From NCBI RefSeq assembly GCF_009914755.1, contig NC_060937.1: 64,000 bases of DNA. One strand, given 5' to 3'. The first letter of the stretch is position 1, and the number at the start of each line of letters is the position of its first letter. The notes below the pieces were generated by a model. That model was not told the DNA's origin and did not search any database. It saw nothing but the letters and a program-made list of their open reading frames with translations. The position numbers were made by a program, and so were the translations under genes. Positions 1-12,999 of this stretch are shown here, in pieces. The DNA comes from the human T2T-CHM13v2.0 reference genome, Homo sapiens.

Positions 1-330
1 TAAGACTCTCATCATACTCTGCACTATCCAAGCTAGTATTATTTAGAATAATTCTAATTTTAATGCCCTTCTTAAAATATATCACTATAATTGGGCAATG
101 ATATTTAAGTGTATTCTAATCATCTTCCATGTCTAAAAAGTTAATAAATTTCAATTTGCCTTGAATTATTCTTAGAATGGTCATGTTATTTTCTAGTGCT
201 CACGGCTTTAGTTTCTAAGTAGTCATGAAACAGTTAAGAATTATCTCTACATTTTTCCCATGAATATACTTAACACCTGCGTTCATATGTTCATATGTGA
301 CTTGCTTTGTTCAATCTTATTGAAGAAGGA
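1..330 (-). mobile_element. Possible highly decayed L3/CR1 LINE fragment
   Basis: taatgcccttcttaaaatatatcactataattgggcaatgatatttaagtgt loosely resembles antisense L3/CR1; very diverged. Confidence 0.3.
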
Positions 331-869
331 CTACATGTATTTCCCACTCCATTCTTTCGTGGTTTTTTTGGTTGTTGTTTGTTTTTTACAATAGAGCATA
401 AAAATAAACACCTGCTTTTGGTGATAATGTTCTATACATTCAGGGAGAGGATAAAACATGCAATAACCACAAACAGATTGTATAATACAAGAGATTAGGA
501 AAATGGCTTTTATCCAGTATTTTATCCATTACCTTTAGTGTGCTATCAGTTGCCATATTTAACCTATGAGATTAAATGTTCTAATTTGAAAAATTAACAT
601 AATATCTCTTTTTGAAGCAAAATACGTGGTTAAGGTGATGTTCATACAATATAAGATGTGTAATGTTTTCAAAGATAAAAAATACTGCATAGACATGTAA
701 AACAGTGTACTAAATTCTTTGGCCTCTTCCACAAAATGGTCTTCACACTCTCACAACAAATCTAGCAGCACACATAAAATATGACTTTAACACAAGTGAT
801 ATTTATTTCTTCACTTTTTTGACAGTCATAGAAACAATTTTCCAAATTAATAGATTATAATTTTTAAAA

Positions 870-975
870 ATATTGAAAACTGTTCAGAGTAGATTTTAAA
901 TATTTTTTCAACAAAAATGATAAGTATGTGAGATAATGCATGTTTGCTTAGCATGCAATAACCAAAACCACACTG
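870..975 (+). mobile_element. L1M 3' UTR fragment
   Basis: gagtagattttaaatattttttcaacaaaaatgataagtatgtgagataatgcatgtt matches the L1MA/MB-type 3' end motif. Confidence 0.6.
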
Positions 976-1062
976 TCTAGTGTAAAATGGCAATGGATCA
1001 GGCTTATGTTTAAGTCCTGTGAATGCTACTCAGAGTCAAAAATCCTGACAAAGTTATTTGAG

Positions 1063-2645
1063 TTTTTAATTTTCAAACAATTATAGATTCACAGGAAGTT
1101 GTTTTAAAATATAGAAAGCAGTCCCATGTGCCTTTCATGCAATTTCCCTCACTGCTAGTAACTTGCATAACTGTAGTACAATATCAAAACCAGGAAATGA
1201 CACTGACACAATTTACAGAGCTTATTCAGATTTCACCAGTGCCAAGCTATTTCCCATATGTGTCTGTATCCGTGTTTGTTTATAGTACTAAACAATTTTT
1301 TCAAATTTCCAGATTCACATAACCTTTATTGCAATAAAGATACAGAACTGTTCCATCACCGTGTAGCACCCTTGTGCTACCCTTCCATAGCCGCACCTAC
1401 CTTGTTTCCATGCCTAACACCTGGATACCACTAATCTGTTCTACATTTCTATAATTTTATTTCAACAATGTTATATGAATACAATCATTCATTATGCAAC
1501 ACTGGGACTTTGGATTTTTAAATTCAGCATAATATACTTGAGAAACATTCGGGTTATGGCTTGTATCAATAGTCTGTCCCATTTTATTGCCACACAATAG
1601 TTTATGGTATGAGTAAAACACTGTTTAGCTATTCAACCTTGAAGGACATTTTTGTTAGTCTACAATTTGGGAGTATTTTATGAATAAAGCTGTTCCAAAC
1701 ATTTCAATACAGTTTTTGCCTAAACATAAGTTTTCACTTATCTGAGATAAATGCCCCAAAGTCCAATTGCTGGATCATATGGTAATCATGTATTTAATTT
1801 TATAAAAATTTGCAAAGCTCTTTTCCAGACTTATTGTACCATTTTACATTCCCACCAGCAATGTATGAGTGATTCAATCTCTCTACGTCCTCACTAGCAT
1901 TTAGTGTTTTCACAATTACTTTTTAATCATTCTGAGACATCAGTAGTACTATCTCATTGCAAATTTAGTCTGCATTCCCTAAATGACTAATGGTATTAAA
2001 GCGTCTTTTCATGTGCTTATTTTCTATCTGTATAACCTTTTCACTGAGATGTCTCTTCAGTTTTTTTTGCCCATTTTCTAGTTGGATGGTTTATTTACTG
2101 TTGAGTATTATGACTTCTCTGTATATTTCAAACACAATTCTTTTGATGGATATGTCATTTGCAAATATTTTTTTTCCCAGCTTGTAATTTGTTCTTTATC
2201 CTCTTAGGCTTTTTCACTGAGCAAAAGTTTTAGTTTTATGAGGTCCATTTTGTCACTTTTTTTCTTTAATAAATCATATTTTGATGTCAAGTGAATGAAC
2301 TTTTTGCCTAGCAATAGGCCCTAACAATTTTTTCAGAAAAATTTTGTCAGAAAAATACTCATTTTACATTTAAGCCTATAATCCATGTGGAGTTAAATTG
2401 TATATGATGTATGAAGTTTAGGTGGAAGTTTTATTTATTATTTGTAGCCTTTGATTATCTAATTCTTCCTGAACCATTTATTGAAAAAGCTATTCTTCCT
2501 CCATCAAAAATGTTTTCACCTTTATTAAAAATCTGTTGAGCATATTTGTGGGGTCTGTTTCTGGGTTCTCTATTCTGTTACATTGACCTATGTGTCTATC
2601 CTCCTGGCTGTATCACATTCTCTTTAATATTAGAACTGTATAGTC
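1063..2645 (-). mobile_element. Old L1 (L1MC/L1MD-like) 3' UTR plus distal ORF2
   Basis: aattatagattcacaggaagttg...tagtacaatatcaaaaccaggaaat (L1MC/MD 3' end, antisense); attttacattcccaccagcaatgtatgag; gggtctgtttctgggttctctattctgtt. Confidence 0.85.
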
Positions 2646-2671
2646 TTGCCTATTACAGGCAAGTTCTAATG

Positions 2672-2743
2672 TACAGTTCTAATAGTCAAGAGAATGTATA
2701 TGCATGTATGTGTGTATACATTCTCTTGACTATTAGAACTGTA
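2672..2743. repeat. Perfect 29-bp inverted repeat with 14-nt spacer (hairpin/cruciform)
   Basis: tacagttctaatagtcaagagaatgtata (2672-2700) is the exact reverse complement of tatacattctcttgactattagaactgta (2715-2743). Confidence 0.95.
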
Positions 2744-2869
2744 TAGTTTGTATACATTCACTTGAATATTAGAACGATATATACAGATATATACACATAT
2801 GTATGTGTGTATATATAAAACTCATACATGTATAATTAATATATGTATTAAATCTGTAATTTATTATTT

Positions 2870-3320
2870 TATTAACAGAAGTACACACTTTAAAAAAATT
2901 ATCTTAGTTTTTACTTAATGTTCTGTTTCTGTTCCAAGATCCTATCCAGGATAATTCATTAGACTAGAGATATTCATGTCTCACTAGGCTCCTCTTGGAA
3001 GTAATAGTTAATCAGATTTCTTATTTTAATGACTTATGCAGTTTTGAGAAGTACTAGATAGGTGTTTTGTAGAATATCACTCAGCTGTGATTTTCCCAGT
3101 TTTTCCTCATTATCAGACTAGAGATATAGCTTTTGGGAGGGTGACTACAGATTTCAACTGCCATTCTCATCATATCCCATCAAGGATATGTATTGTCAAT
3201 TTAACATAAAACTGTTGATCTTATCTTTGGTTACCTGGCTGAGGTAGTGTTTGTCAAGTGTCTCCCCTATAAAGTTACTGTCACTTCCCACGCCTTTCCA
3301 TATTGCATTCAGTGGGAGGA
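2870..3320 (-). mobile_element. L1MC4-like 3' UTR fragment
   Basis: ctgtttctgttccaagatcctatccaggata...gttttgagaagtactagataggtgttttgtagaatatc typical of L1MC4 3' end antisense. Confidence 0.7.
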
Positions 3321-3339
3321 AATCACAAATGAGATACAA

Positions 3340-4205
3340 ATGGATAGACTGGAAAGAAACAAATATTTATTTGCAAATGCCATAGTTTTCTACTTAGAAA
3401 ATACCCGCCCCCATAACAAAAAAAGCAAAAAACAAACAAAAATCTTTGAAGCCTCCTATAAGGTAGGATATGAGGTTAATACAAAAACATCAATTTCTTC
3501 TCTATATACCAATAATGAACACTTGGAATTTCAAATTTAAAAAATTACAATTATACTAATAAAAGATGAAGTTCTTTGGTATACATTTAAAAGTGCAGAG
3601 AAAATGTAAAATTTTGATGAACTAAATCAAAGATCTAAATAATTGAAGAGAGATATTTTGTGTTCATGAATTGGAAGACTAAATATTGTTAAAATGTTAA
3701 TTCTTACCAACTTGCTGTATTAGAAATTCAGCACAATCCCAATCAAAATATCAGTTTTCAGATGTTGGCAACAAATTCTAAAATATATGTGAAAAGGCAC
3801 AAAGACTTAGACTAGAAAAAAATAGATAGTCCTGAAAAAGAAGAAAAAAGTTAGAAGACTGCTCGATTAAAAGATTTTCTATAAAGCTATAGTAACTAAT
3901 ATATTGTGGTACTGGCAAAATAATAGACATGTAGTTCAAAGAACAGATAGAACTCAAAAATAGACCCATACAAATATAGTCAGCTAATATTTGTCAGAGG
4001 AACAAAGGCAATGAAATGGAGAGAAAAAAACTGGGTTTTAACATCTTTTATAAAAATTAACTCAGAATGAACCATAACCTTCAAATAAAATGAATGAATA
4101 TATATCTTCTATAATAAAAAACGTGGTAAAATGTGGGTGACCTTGGATTTTGTGATGAGTTTTATATACAAAATCATAAATACAATTAATAAAATAACAA
4201 ATTGA
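3340..4205 (+). mobile_element. L1 ORF2 reverse-transcriptase fragment (decayed)
   Basis: ORF 3247-3540 reads YLFANAIVFYLEN, a decayed SLFADDMIVYLEN; ttcatgaattggaagactaaatattgttaaaatg; cacaatcccaatcaaaat. Confidence 0.85.
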
Positions 4206-7049
4206 TAATGTAGTTTTCTGCATACAGATCCTGTCATCTTGTGATATTATTGTCATCTTGTGATATTATTGTGTTTTAAATTTCAGATTTCAATTATTTA
4301 TTGTTTTTATGTAAGAAAATAATTAACTTTTAAAAACTTCTGTTTTGTAATCTTACTATACTCACTTGTCCCAGGAATAATGACAGTCATGTCATCTACA
4401 AACAAAAAGTTTTTTTCTTCTTCCCAATAAACATTATTGTTCTTTTCTAGTGTTATTACACTAGCTAAGACTTCCTATCTGATGCCAAACAGGTGGGTTG
4501 AGAAAGGATATTCTTGCCTTCTTCCCAGTCTTACGAATAAAACATCTGGTTTCTCACCATTCAGTGTGATGCTAGCTATAGATTTTTTGAAGATACTCTT
4601 TATCAAGTTGAGAAAGTTTCCCTCTGTTCATAGTTTGCTGAAATGTTTTATCACAATGAGAGTTGGATTTTATCATTTTCTTTCTCTATTGATTGATGTC
4701 ATATAATGTTTCTTTTCTTTCGCCTGTTGATAATGTTGGTTGCGCTGACTGACTTTCAATTGTAGAAGCATACTTATATACCTGGAATAAATCTCAATTT
4801 CTCATGGTGCATAAAACATGGATTTTATTTGCTTTTTTTGACAAGTTTTGCATGTATGTTCATGAGAGATTTTGATCTTTTATTTTCTTGCAATGCAATG
4901 TCTTTGTCTATTATTGGAATTGGGATAATGTTGGCCCTATAGAATAAGCTAAGAAATGTTTCTCAGCTTCTTTTTTTTTTCTGAAAGAGATTCTACAGAA
5001 TTGATAGCATTTCTTCCAAAAATATTTGGTAGACTTCACCAGTGAATCCCTCTTGACCTGGTGATGTTCTAAGGACATTAACTACATTAACTATTAATTG
5101 AATTGTTTTCATAGATGTACTTATATTGAGATCATCTGTTTCTCCTTGTGTGAGTTTTAGTAGTTTGTGTCATTCAAGGAATTGGTCCATTTTCTCTATG
5201 TTATGAAAATTGTGGGCATAGAGTTGTTCATGATATTTCTTTATTATCTTTTTAATATCCATGAAGTCAGTAGTTATGACTCTCACTTCATTTCTGATAT
5301 TCATAATTTATCTCTTCTCTCATATTTTCTTGGTTAACATGGCTAGAGGTTAGTCAATTTCATTGATTTTTTTTTTTCAGAGAACCAGCTGTTAATTTTG
5401 TTGATTTTCTCTATTCTTTTCCTGTTTTCAGTTTCATTGATTTCTGCTCTAATTTTTATTATTTATTTTCTTCTCCTTCTTTAGACTTAAATTCTCCTTT
5501 CTCCTCTAGTTTCCTAAAGTGAAAGTTTAGTTTATTGATTTCAGATTTTTCTGCCTTTCTAATGTTTGCATTTAATGCTGTAAATTTCCTGCTATGCACC
5601 ACTTTTGCAGCACAAGTGCTACAATTTCTAAGTTGTGTTTTCATTTTTGTTCAGTTTTACGTATTTCCAAATTTCTCTTGAGATTTTTTCTTTTGTACAT
5701 ATGTTTTTAGAAGTGTGTTGCTTGATCTCCAAATACTTGAGGATTTCCAATTACCTTTCTGCTACTGAGTTCTAGTTTAATTCCACTGTGATCTGAGATA
5801 ATATTTCATATAATTTTCATTTTTTTAAAAATTTTAAGTTGTGTTTTATGATGGAGAATGTGGTCTGTCTTGGTGATTTCTCCATGTAAACTAAAGAAGA
5901 ATGTGTTTTCTGATGTTGTTATATGAAGTATTCTATAAATGTCAATTAGATACATGTGACCAATACTGTTATTGATGTCATTTTTATCCTTACTGATTTT
6001 TCTGCCTGCTTGATTTATCAAGTACTGGAAAAGGAGTGTTACAGCCTGAAACTATAATAGTAGAGTATCTATTTACTCCTTTCTGTTCTATGTGTTTTGC
6101 TTTACATATTTTGATGCTCTGTTGTTATGTGCATATACTTTCAGAATTATATCTTCCCTGAGAATTGACCCCTTTATCATTAGGTAATGCCTCTCTTTAT
6201 CCTTCATAATTTGCCTTCTTCTGAAGTCTTCTTTGTCTGAAATTAATAAAGCTATTCTAGTTTTCTTTTGATTAGCTGTAGTGTAATATATTTTTCTCTA
6301 TCTCTTTACTTTTAGCCTACCCATGTCTTTAACATTGAATTGTTGTAGACAACATATAGTTGAATCTTGTTTTTTTTTTTCTTTTCATCCACTCTCACAG
6401 GCTCTGTCTTTTAATTGGTGCATATGGTCCATTTACATGTAAAGTGATTATTTACAAAATTGAATAAATATTGATTGTATGTGTAACCCTTTTTATATCA
6501 ATTTCATTTTTTCTTTTGTCACTTTTTTCTTTTTAATCTGATTTCTAGCATTTTAGTTGAGTGTTTTATGTGGTTCCTTGCTTTCTCCTTCTTTACATAA
6601 CGATTCTACTTCTTATTTCTGAAATTTAATGGTGTCTTAGAGTTTCTTATATACTCTTTCAACAAATCTCAGTCCATTATTAAATAGGACAATACCCCTT
6701 CACATGTATAACAGTATTTCAAATTCCTCCTTCTCATCCTTTATGACATTGTTGAAAGTTTAATCTAATTGCTGCCTAGAAATTGATGACAATAAGATAG
6801 CTATTATAGAAATAACTACAAGAATAAGAAAATTCACCCATGTTCCAGTTCAAACTTAGAAAAAGAAGTCTCCAGATTCTCTCTTTAGAAGCTAGTTTTC
6901 ATTTTCCAGAAAGTTCAAGACCTTAATAGAAGTAGCTCTAGCCATACTAAGAATTTATTTAATACTCCCTTGCTTCTTACCTCTCCTTGTTGGAAGCATT
7001 CAATCAACTATAGAGGCAATAGTAGCTAGGCAAACTACCACTCAGCTAT

Positions 7050-7320
7050 TAGGTATATGAGAAGTCATGAAAACAGGGCCCACATAGTGGTATAAGTGCC
7101 CTTATAGAGGAAGAAACACCAGACCTCTCCCTCTCTACCATATGAGGACACAGCAAGAAGGCAGGCATCTGCAGCCCAAAGAGAGAGCCCTCACTAGACA
7201 CTGAACTTGCTTGCAACTTGATCTTGGACTTCTTATCTCCAGAACTGTGAAAAATACATTCCTATGGTTTAAGTCACCCAGTCTATGGTATTTTGTTATA
7301 GCAGCTCAAACTTACATAAG
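7050..7320 (+). mobile_element. MLT1A/MSTD-type MaLR LTR, 3' two-thirds
   Basis: gtgcccttatagagg...tgaggacacagcaagaaggc...ttgatcttggacttc...ccagaactgtga...cccagtctatggtattttgttatagcagc. Confidence 0.85.
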
Positions 7321-8636
7321 ATAGAAGTTTTGGTAATGATAAACTTCCTTGGTTTTTGTTTGTGAGAGAATGTATTTCTCTGTCACTTTTGAAATATAAT
7401 TTCAATTAGTAAATAATTTTAGGTTGATGGAGTTTTTTGGTTTTTCTTTTCTTCAGACTTTTAATATTTTATTCCATTCTTTCCTTACCTGCATTGTTTT
7501 TGAGAATTCTACTATAATTGTTATCTTGTTTCTCTAGGTTATAGGTTTTACTCCCATTTTCTTTTAATATTTCCGTTTTGTCTTTTATTTTCTGCAGTTC
7601 AAATATTATATAACTAAATGTTGTTGGTATCTTGTTTTTTATTTTACTTTTGTAATTTGATTTGTGTCTTCTGGATGTGTGCTTTGATGTTTGTCATTTT
7701 GAAAGGTTTTCAGCCATTATTACTTCAAATATTTCTTCTGTTCTGTTCGTTCTTCTCCTTATAGTATTATAAATACATATATGTTATACTTCTGAAATTA
7801 TGTCATGGTTTTTGGATGTCTCCTTCTGTTTTTATTTGTTTGCTTTTTTTTCTCTTTTTATTTCATTTTGAGAAATTTCTATTAATCTATCGTCAAGCTC
7901 ATTGATTCTTTTCTTTGTTAGGTCCACTCTACTGATCCCATCAGAAGCATTCTTTATTTTTGTTAGATTGGTTTTTCTTTCTAGCATATTCTTCTAATTC
8001 TTTTGTGATATTTCTGTCCTTCTGCTTACACTATCCATCTGTTCTCACATGTTGTTTACTGTTTCTATTCTCCTTATATATTAATCATAGTTATTGTTCA
8101 AAAAATTGTCAGATAACTCCAAAATTAGTGTCAAATCTGAGTCTGTTTCTGTTGTTCACTTTGTCTCTTCAGATTATGTTTTTTCCTGCGTTTTTGCCAT
8201 GCTTTGTAATTTTTTGTTGGAAGATTGACATGGCAGGTAGGGTATTAGGGACTGAGGTCAATAGGCCTTTAGTTTGAGGATTCACATTAATCTGTCTCAG
8301 AATTTGTCTGTGGTTAATGTTTGTTACAGCTTTACATTCCAGAAGCTTCAAATTCATCCAGCATCCTTTTATTTGTCTCTCTTTTGACTTTGGGCTTTCC
8401 TGAGTACTAAACCTCAGAGAGTGCATGTCTTCTTGTAGCTTTATTATCTGTAATCCTGTTACTTTAGTGGAGTCCAGTTGCTGTAGCTGTCATGTGTGAA
8501 GGAGGGTATTCTATAATATTAATCTCAGTCTTTTGGTGGCCTGTGTCTCTGGTCTGTGCCCTTCATAAATGTTTCTCCATTGTTACAGCTTTTATTCAGC
8601 CACTTTTGGTGTGAGAATGGAACTCTGGTAGGGACT

Positions 8637-10982
8637 TGTATTAGTCTGTTTTCACACTGATATAAAGAACTACCTAAGACTGGGTGGTTTACGAAGGAAC
8701 AGGTTTAGTTGACTCATAGTTTTGCAGGTTTAACAGGAAGCATGACTGGGGGCTCAGGAAACTTACAATCATGGTGGAAGGTGAAGGGGAAGTAAGCACT
8801 GCTTACCATGGTGGCAGGAGAGAGAGAGAAAAAGGGGAAGTACCACACATTTTAAATCATCAGATCTCATGAGAACTCACTCACTACCCAGAGAACGGCA
8901 AGGGGAAAATTTGCTCCCATTATCCTATCACCTCCCACCAGGTTCCTCTTCCAATTTGAAATGAGATTTGGGTGGAGACACATATCCAAACCATATCATT
9001 CCATTCCTGGCTCCTCCCAAATCTCATGTCCTTCTCACACTGCAAAATGCAATTATCCCTTAACAATAGTCCCTCAAGCTTAACTCATTTCAGCATTAAC
9101 CCAAAAGTCAACAGTCCAAAGTCTCATCTGAGACAAGATAAGTCCCATCCACCTAGGGAAATGTAAAATAAAAAAACAAGTTAGTTATTTCCAAGATACA
9201 ATGGAAGAATAGGCATTAGGTAAATACTTCTGTTCCAAGTGAGAGAAATTGGCCCAAACAAAAGGGCTATGGGCACTGTGCAAATCCAAAACCCAGAAGG
9301 TCAGTCATTAAATCTTAAAGCTCCAGAATAATCTTCTTTGACTTCATGTCTCACATCCAGGGCATGCTAATGTAAGAGGTGGGCTCCCAACATCTTGGGC
9401 AGGTCTGCCTCTGTGTCTCTGCAGGGTACAGCCCCTTTGGTTGCTTTCATGAGCTGGCATTGTGTGCCTGTGGCTTTTCCACCTTCCCAGTGCAAACTGT
9501 CAATGAATCTACAATTCTGGGGTCTTGGAGGAGGGTGGCCCTCTTTTCACCGCTGCCCTAGACAGTGTCCCAATGGGGACTATGTGTGGGGACTCTAAAC
9601 CCACATTTCCCCTGCTTAATGCCCTATTAGAGGTTCTCCATAAGGGCTTTGCCTCTGCAACAGATTTCTGCCTGGACATCCAGGCATTACATTCTCTGAA
9701 ATCTAGGCAAAGATTCCCAAACCTCAACTTTTGCCTTCTGCACACCCACAGGCCCAACACCAAGTGGAAGCTGCCAAGGCTTGGGGCTTGCACCCTCTGA
9801 AGCAATTCCCTGAGCTGTACCTTGGCCCCTTTTAGCTGGAACTAGAGCAGCTGGGATGCAGGGCACCATGTCCCAAGGCTGCACACAGCAGTGGGGCCCT
9901 GGGACTGGCATGCAAAACCAATTTTTCCTCCTAGGCCTCAGGGCCTATGATGGGAGAGGCTGCTACAGAGGTCTCTGTCATGCCCTAGAGACATTTTCCC
10001 CATTGTCTTGGCTATTAACATTTAGCTTCTCTTTGCTTACATAAATTTCTACAGCCAGGTTGAATTTTTCCCCAGAAAATGGGTTCTTCTTTACTACCAC
10101 ATGGTCAGGCTGCAAATTTTCCAAATTTTTATGCTCTGCTTCCCTTTGAAACATAAGTTCCAATTTCAGACTATCTCTTTGCAAATGCACATGACTGTGT
10201 GCTATTAAGAGCAGCCAGGCCACATCTTGAATGCTTTGCTGCTTAGAAGTTTCTTCTGTCAGATACCCTAAATCATCTCTCTCCAGCTCAAAGTTCCACA
10301 GATCTATAGGGTAGGGGCAAAATGCCACCATTCTCTTTGCTAAAGCACAGCAAGAGTGACCTTTTCTCCAGTTTCCAACATTTCCTCATCCCCATCTGAG
10401 ACCACGTTAGCCTGGACTTCATTGTCCATATCACTCTTAGCATTTTGGTTACAACCATTCAACAAGTCTCTAGATACTTCCACACTTCTCCACATCTTCC
10501 TGTCTTCTTTTGAGCCCTCCAAACTGTTCCAGCCTCTGCCAGTTACCCAGTTCGTTCCAAAGTTGCTTCCACATTTTCAGGTATCTTTATAGCAGTGACC
10601 CACTTTCCCAGTACCAATTTTCTGTATTAGTCTGTTTTCACACTGCTGTGAAGAACTACCTGAGATTGGGTAATTTATGAAGAATAGAGTTTAATTGACT
10701 CGCATTTCACAGGCTTAACAGGAAGCATGAGGAAGAGGCCTAAAATATCTTATGATTATGGTGGAAGGTGAAGGGGAAACAAGCACTTCTTACCATGGTG
10801 GCAAGAGAGACAGAGAAAGGGGAAGGACTACACATTTAAACCATCAGATCTTGTGAGAACTCACTCAGTATCATGAGAACAACCAGCAGAAAACCTGCCC
10901 TCATGACCCAATCACCTCTCACCAGACCCCTCCTCCAATTCAACGTGAGATTTGGGTGGGGACACAAATGCAAACCATATCA
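8637..10982 (-). mobile_element. Complete ERVL-MaLR element (THE1D/MSTA type): LTR 8637-8998, internal 8999-10622, LTR 10623-10982
   Basis: Two homologous ~360-bp LTRs (tgtattagtctgttttcacactg...aaaccatatca); 1.6-kb int with typical decayed ORF (FCPYPIDLWNFELERDDLGYL); 5-bp TSD ggact at 8632-8636 and 10983-10987. Confidence 0.95.
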
Positions 10983-12844
10983 GGACTGGTTTGAAAGGAA
11001 GAGCCTTCCTCCAGGTGAGATCAGACTCTTCAAAGATCTTTTCCACTGAAGAGAGGCTTTTATTTTGGAGAACACTCTGGACATATTTCACAATGCTTAC
11101 TTTCCTCTTCTCATTTCTGGTACTGACAAAGATCTTCTGGGATTTTTACTCTGGGACCTGGCAAAGTTCCTGGAGGTAATACCTACAAAAGTGTGGGATT
11201 TCTCTAAAACTGCTGCCCTCAAGGGATTCTTATTCTCATACAAGTTTACATTCATCCTCTGTCACATTTTCAAATTATCACTTTAGTGTTCCTGCAATTA
11301 TGATGCTCTAGCAGCTTCTGCTCCAAGTAAGCAGATCTTGTCTGTGACTCTCCATAGTCAACATTCTCTAATTTTCATATGGAGATGTGCAGTGCAACTT
11401 TCTCTGTTGGGTACAAGAAAAGTTGTTGGTTTTCATTTTGTTCAGGTTTTTTTTCTTGTTATTAGGATGGGAGTGACAATTGCCAAGATCTTTGCATGTC
11501 AGATTTGAAAACCAAACACTTGTGCAGACCAATTTTTAATACTATTTCTGACTCATACTATTTTCATCTATTCAGAATGTTAGTAAACATCTATCACTAA
11601 TATCCTAATCATGAGAATACAAATGTCATGTACATGTATTGATTTGCAGGCAGAAATAACCTCAGGTGAGATTTGCAAATCAACCTCTTAAAATTCATCT
11701 TATTATTGTTTGGAAGAGAAAAGTTTGATTTTAAATTTTATTTTATTGAGTTAGTGATTTTTTGTTTTAAAGTCTTATTTTAGACTTGTAATAAGTCTGC
11801 ATGTTCTTACTTGAAACTGTTTATTATGCACCTATATTATATTAGTTTTGGGGCCTTAGGCTGTTTAGCTTGGTTGGTTGTGACAAAATGTTAATGAAGC
11901 CAGGGTCACAGGGTTAATCCCACATGAGTCAATTATTTTTCTAAGTTCCACTGCCCCAGATTGCCCTCCTTCCACAATCTGCAACCAGGAATTCTGCAAA
12001 TAGGTATTATTGCTCTTTCAGAGGATAGAATTAAAGAACACTATTGAATTGCTTTTAGGGAAAATAATTCAATATGCTTGTTGACTAGTTAGAAGATCAA
12101 CAGTTTCTTTTTATAATAACAAGATTTCTAAAATTTATTTTTATAGACCTGAAATTAGTTTCAGTCTATCTCTTCCAAACACTAGATGACCAGAATATGA
12201 AATGACATTACACATTCCAAGATGTATTTTTATGTATAAACTTAGGTAGGTAAGTGTTCATATTGTGGGGAGACAAAGTCACATCCTACATGCAAAGAAA
12301 TGAATTTTAGAGGTCTACTCCCAAAAAATTTCCATTTATAACTTTTGTATTATAGTTTGTGCAAATGCAGCACAGATATTGTATAACAATTGGTGTGCTT
12401 CAACTAGAATATTTTTTGTATTTTTCATTTTAGAAAAAAAGATTCAAAATCTTAAATTTACTTTCCATCTGGGTGTTTTTCATAAGAAATGGAATTAACA
12501 AAGACCAACAAAATATCAACATAATCTATTGCTTTATTGTTAAGTACTCTATTTATAATCTCTAATGCTACCAAGCATTAGTAAATACTAATTTACTTGA
12601 CCTTTCCCTCTCAACAAACTTCTTGTATTACTCTGTAAACATTTGGAAGTTGTCAGTTATTTTACACCATCACAACATACTACCTCTGTTTTTATATCCT
12701 TATCTAATTACATTATTCAATTCTCAAGAAAACACTCCACTACAATATGCTACAGACAGTGTGTCTATTGTCCTTTGTGGCCATCTATTACTATAAGATG
12801 ACCATAACTTTATTCTGTATTCCTTTATTACATTGATTCTACTC

Positions 12845-12975
12845 TTTTTTTTTTTTTAAGAGTTAGTGTCTTACTATGTTGCGCAGGCTGGCCCCAAACT
12901 CCTGGGCTCAAGTGATCCTCCCACCTCAGCCTCCAGAGCAGCTGGGAACACAAGTGCCTGCTACCACACTCAGCC
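12845..12975 (-). mobile_element. Free Alu monomer (FLAM_C/AluJ-like)
   Basis: polyT then tcttactatgttgcgcaggctgg...aactcctgggctcaagtgatcctcccacctcagcctcc. Confidence 0.85.
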
Positions 12976-12999
12976 TGATGCTGCTTTTATAAAAAGTAA

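Larger units (their letters stand above)
4208..11520 (-). mobile_element. Long old L1M element (ORF2 RT and endonuclease, ORF1, 5' region), interrupted by MaLR insertions
   Basis: gtcatgtcatctacaaac = antisense FVDDM near 4390; minus ORFs 5459-5644 (AAKVVHSRKFTALNANIRK) and 5806-6021 (LIDIYRILH...TKTDHILHHKTQL) are L1 ORF2; ORF1 and 5' type sequence 7330-8630 resumes after 10987. Confidence 0.85.

Noticed and set aside
9379-10592. Many overlapping ORFs
   Set aside because: Decayed THE1/MST internal region frames
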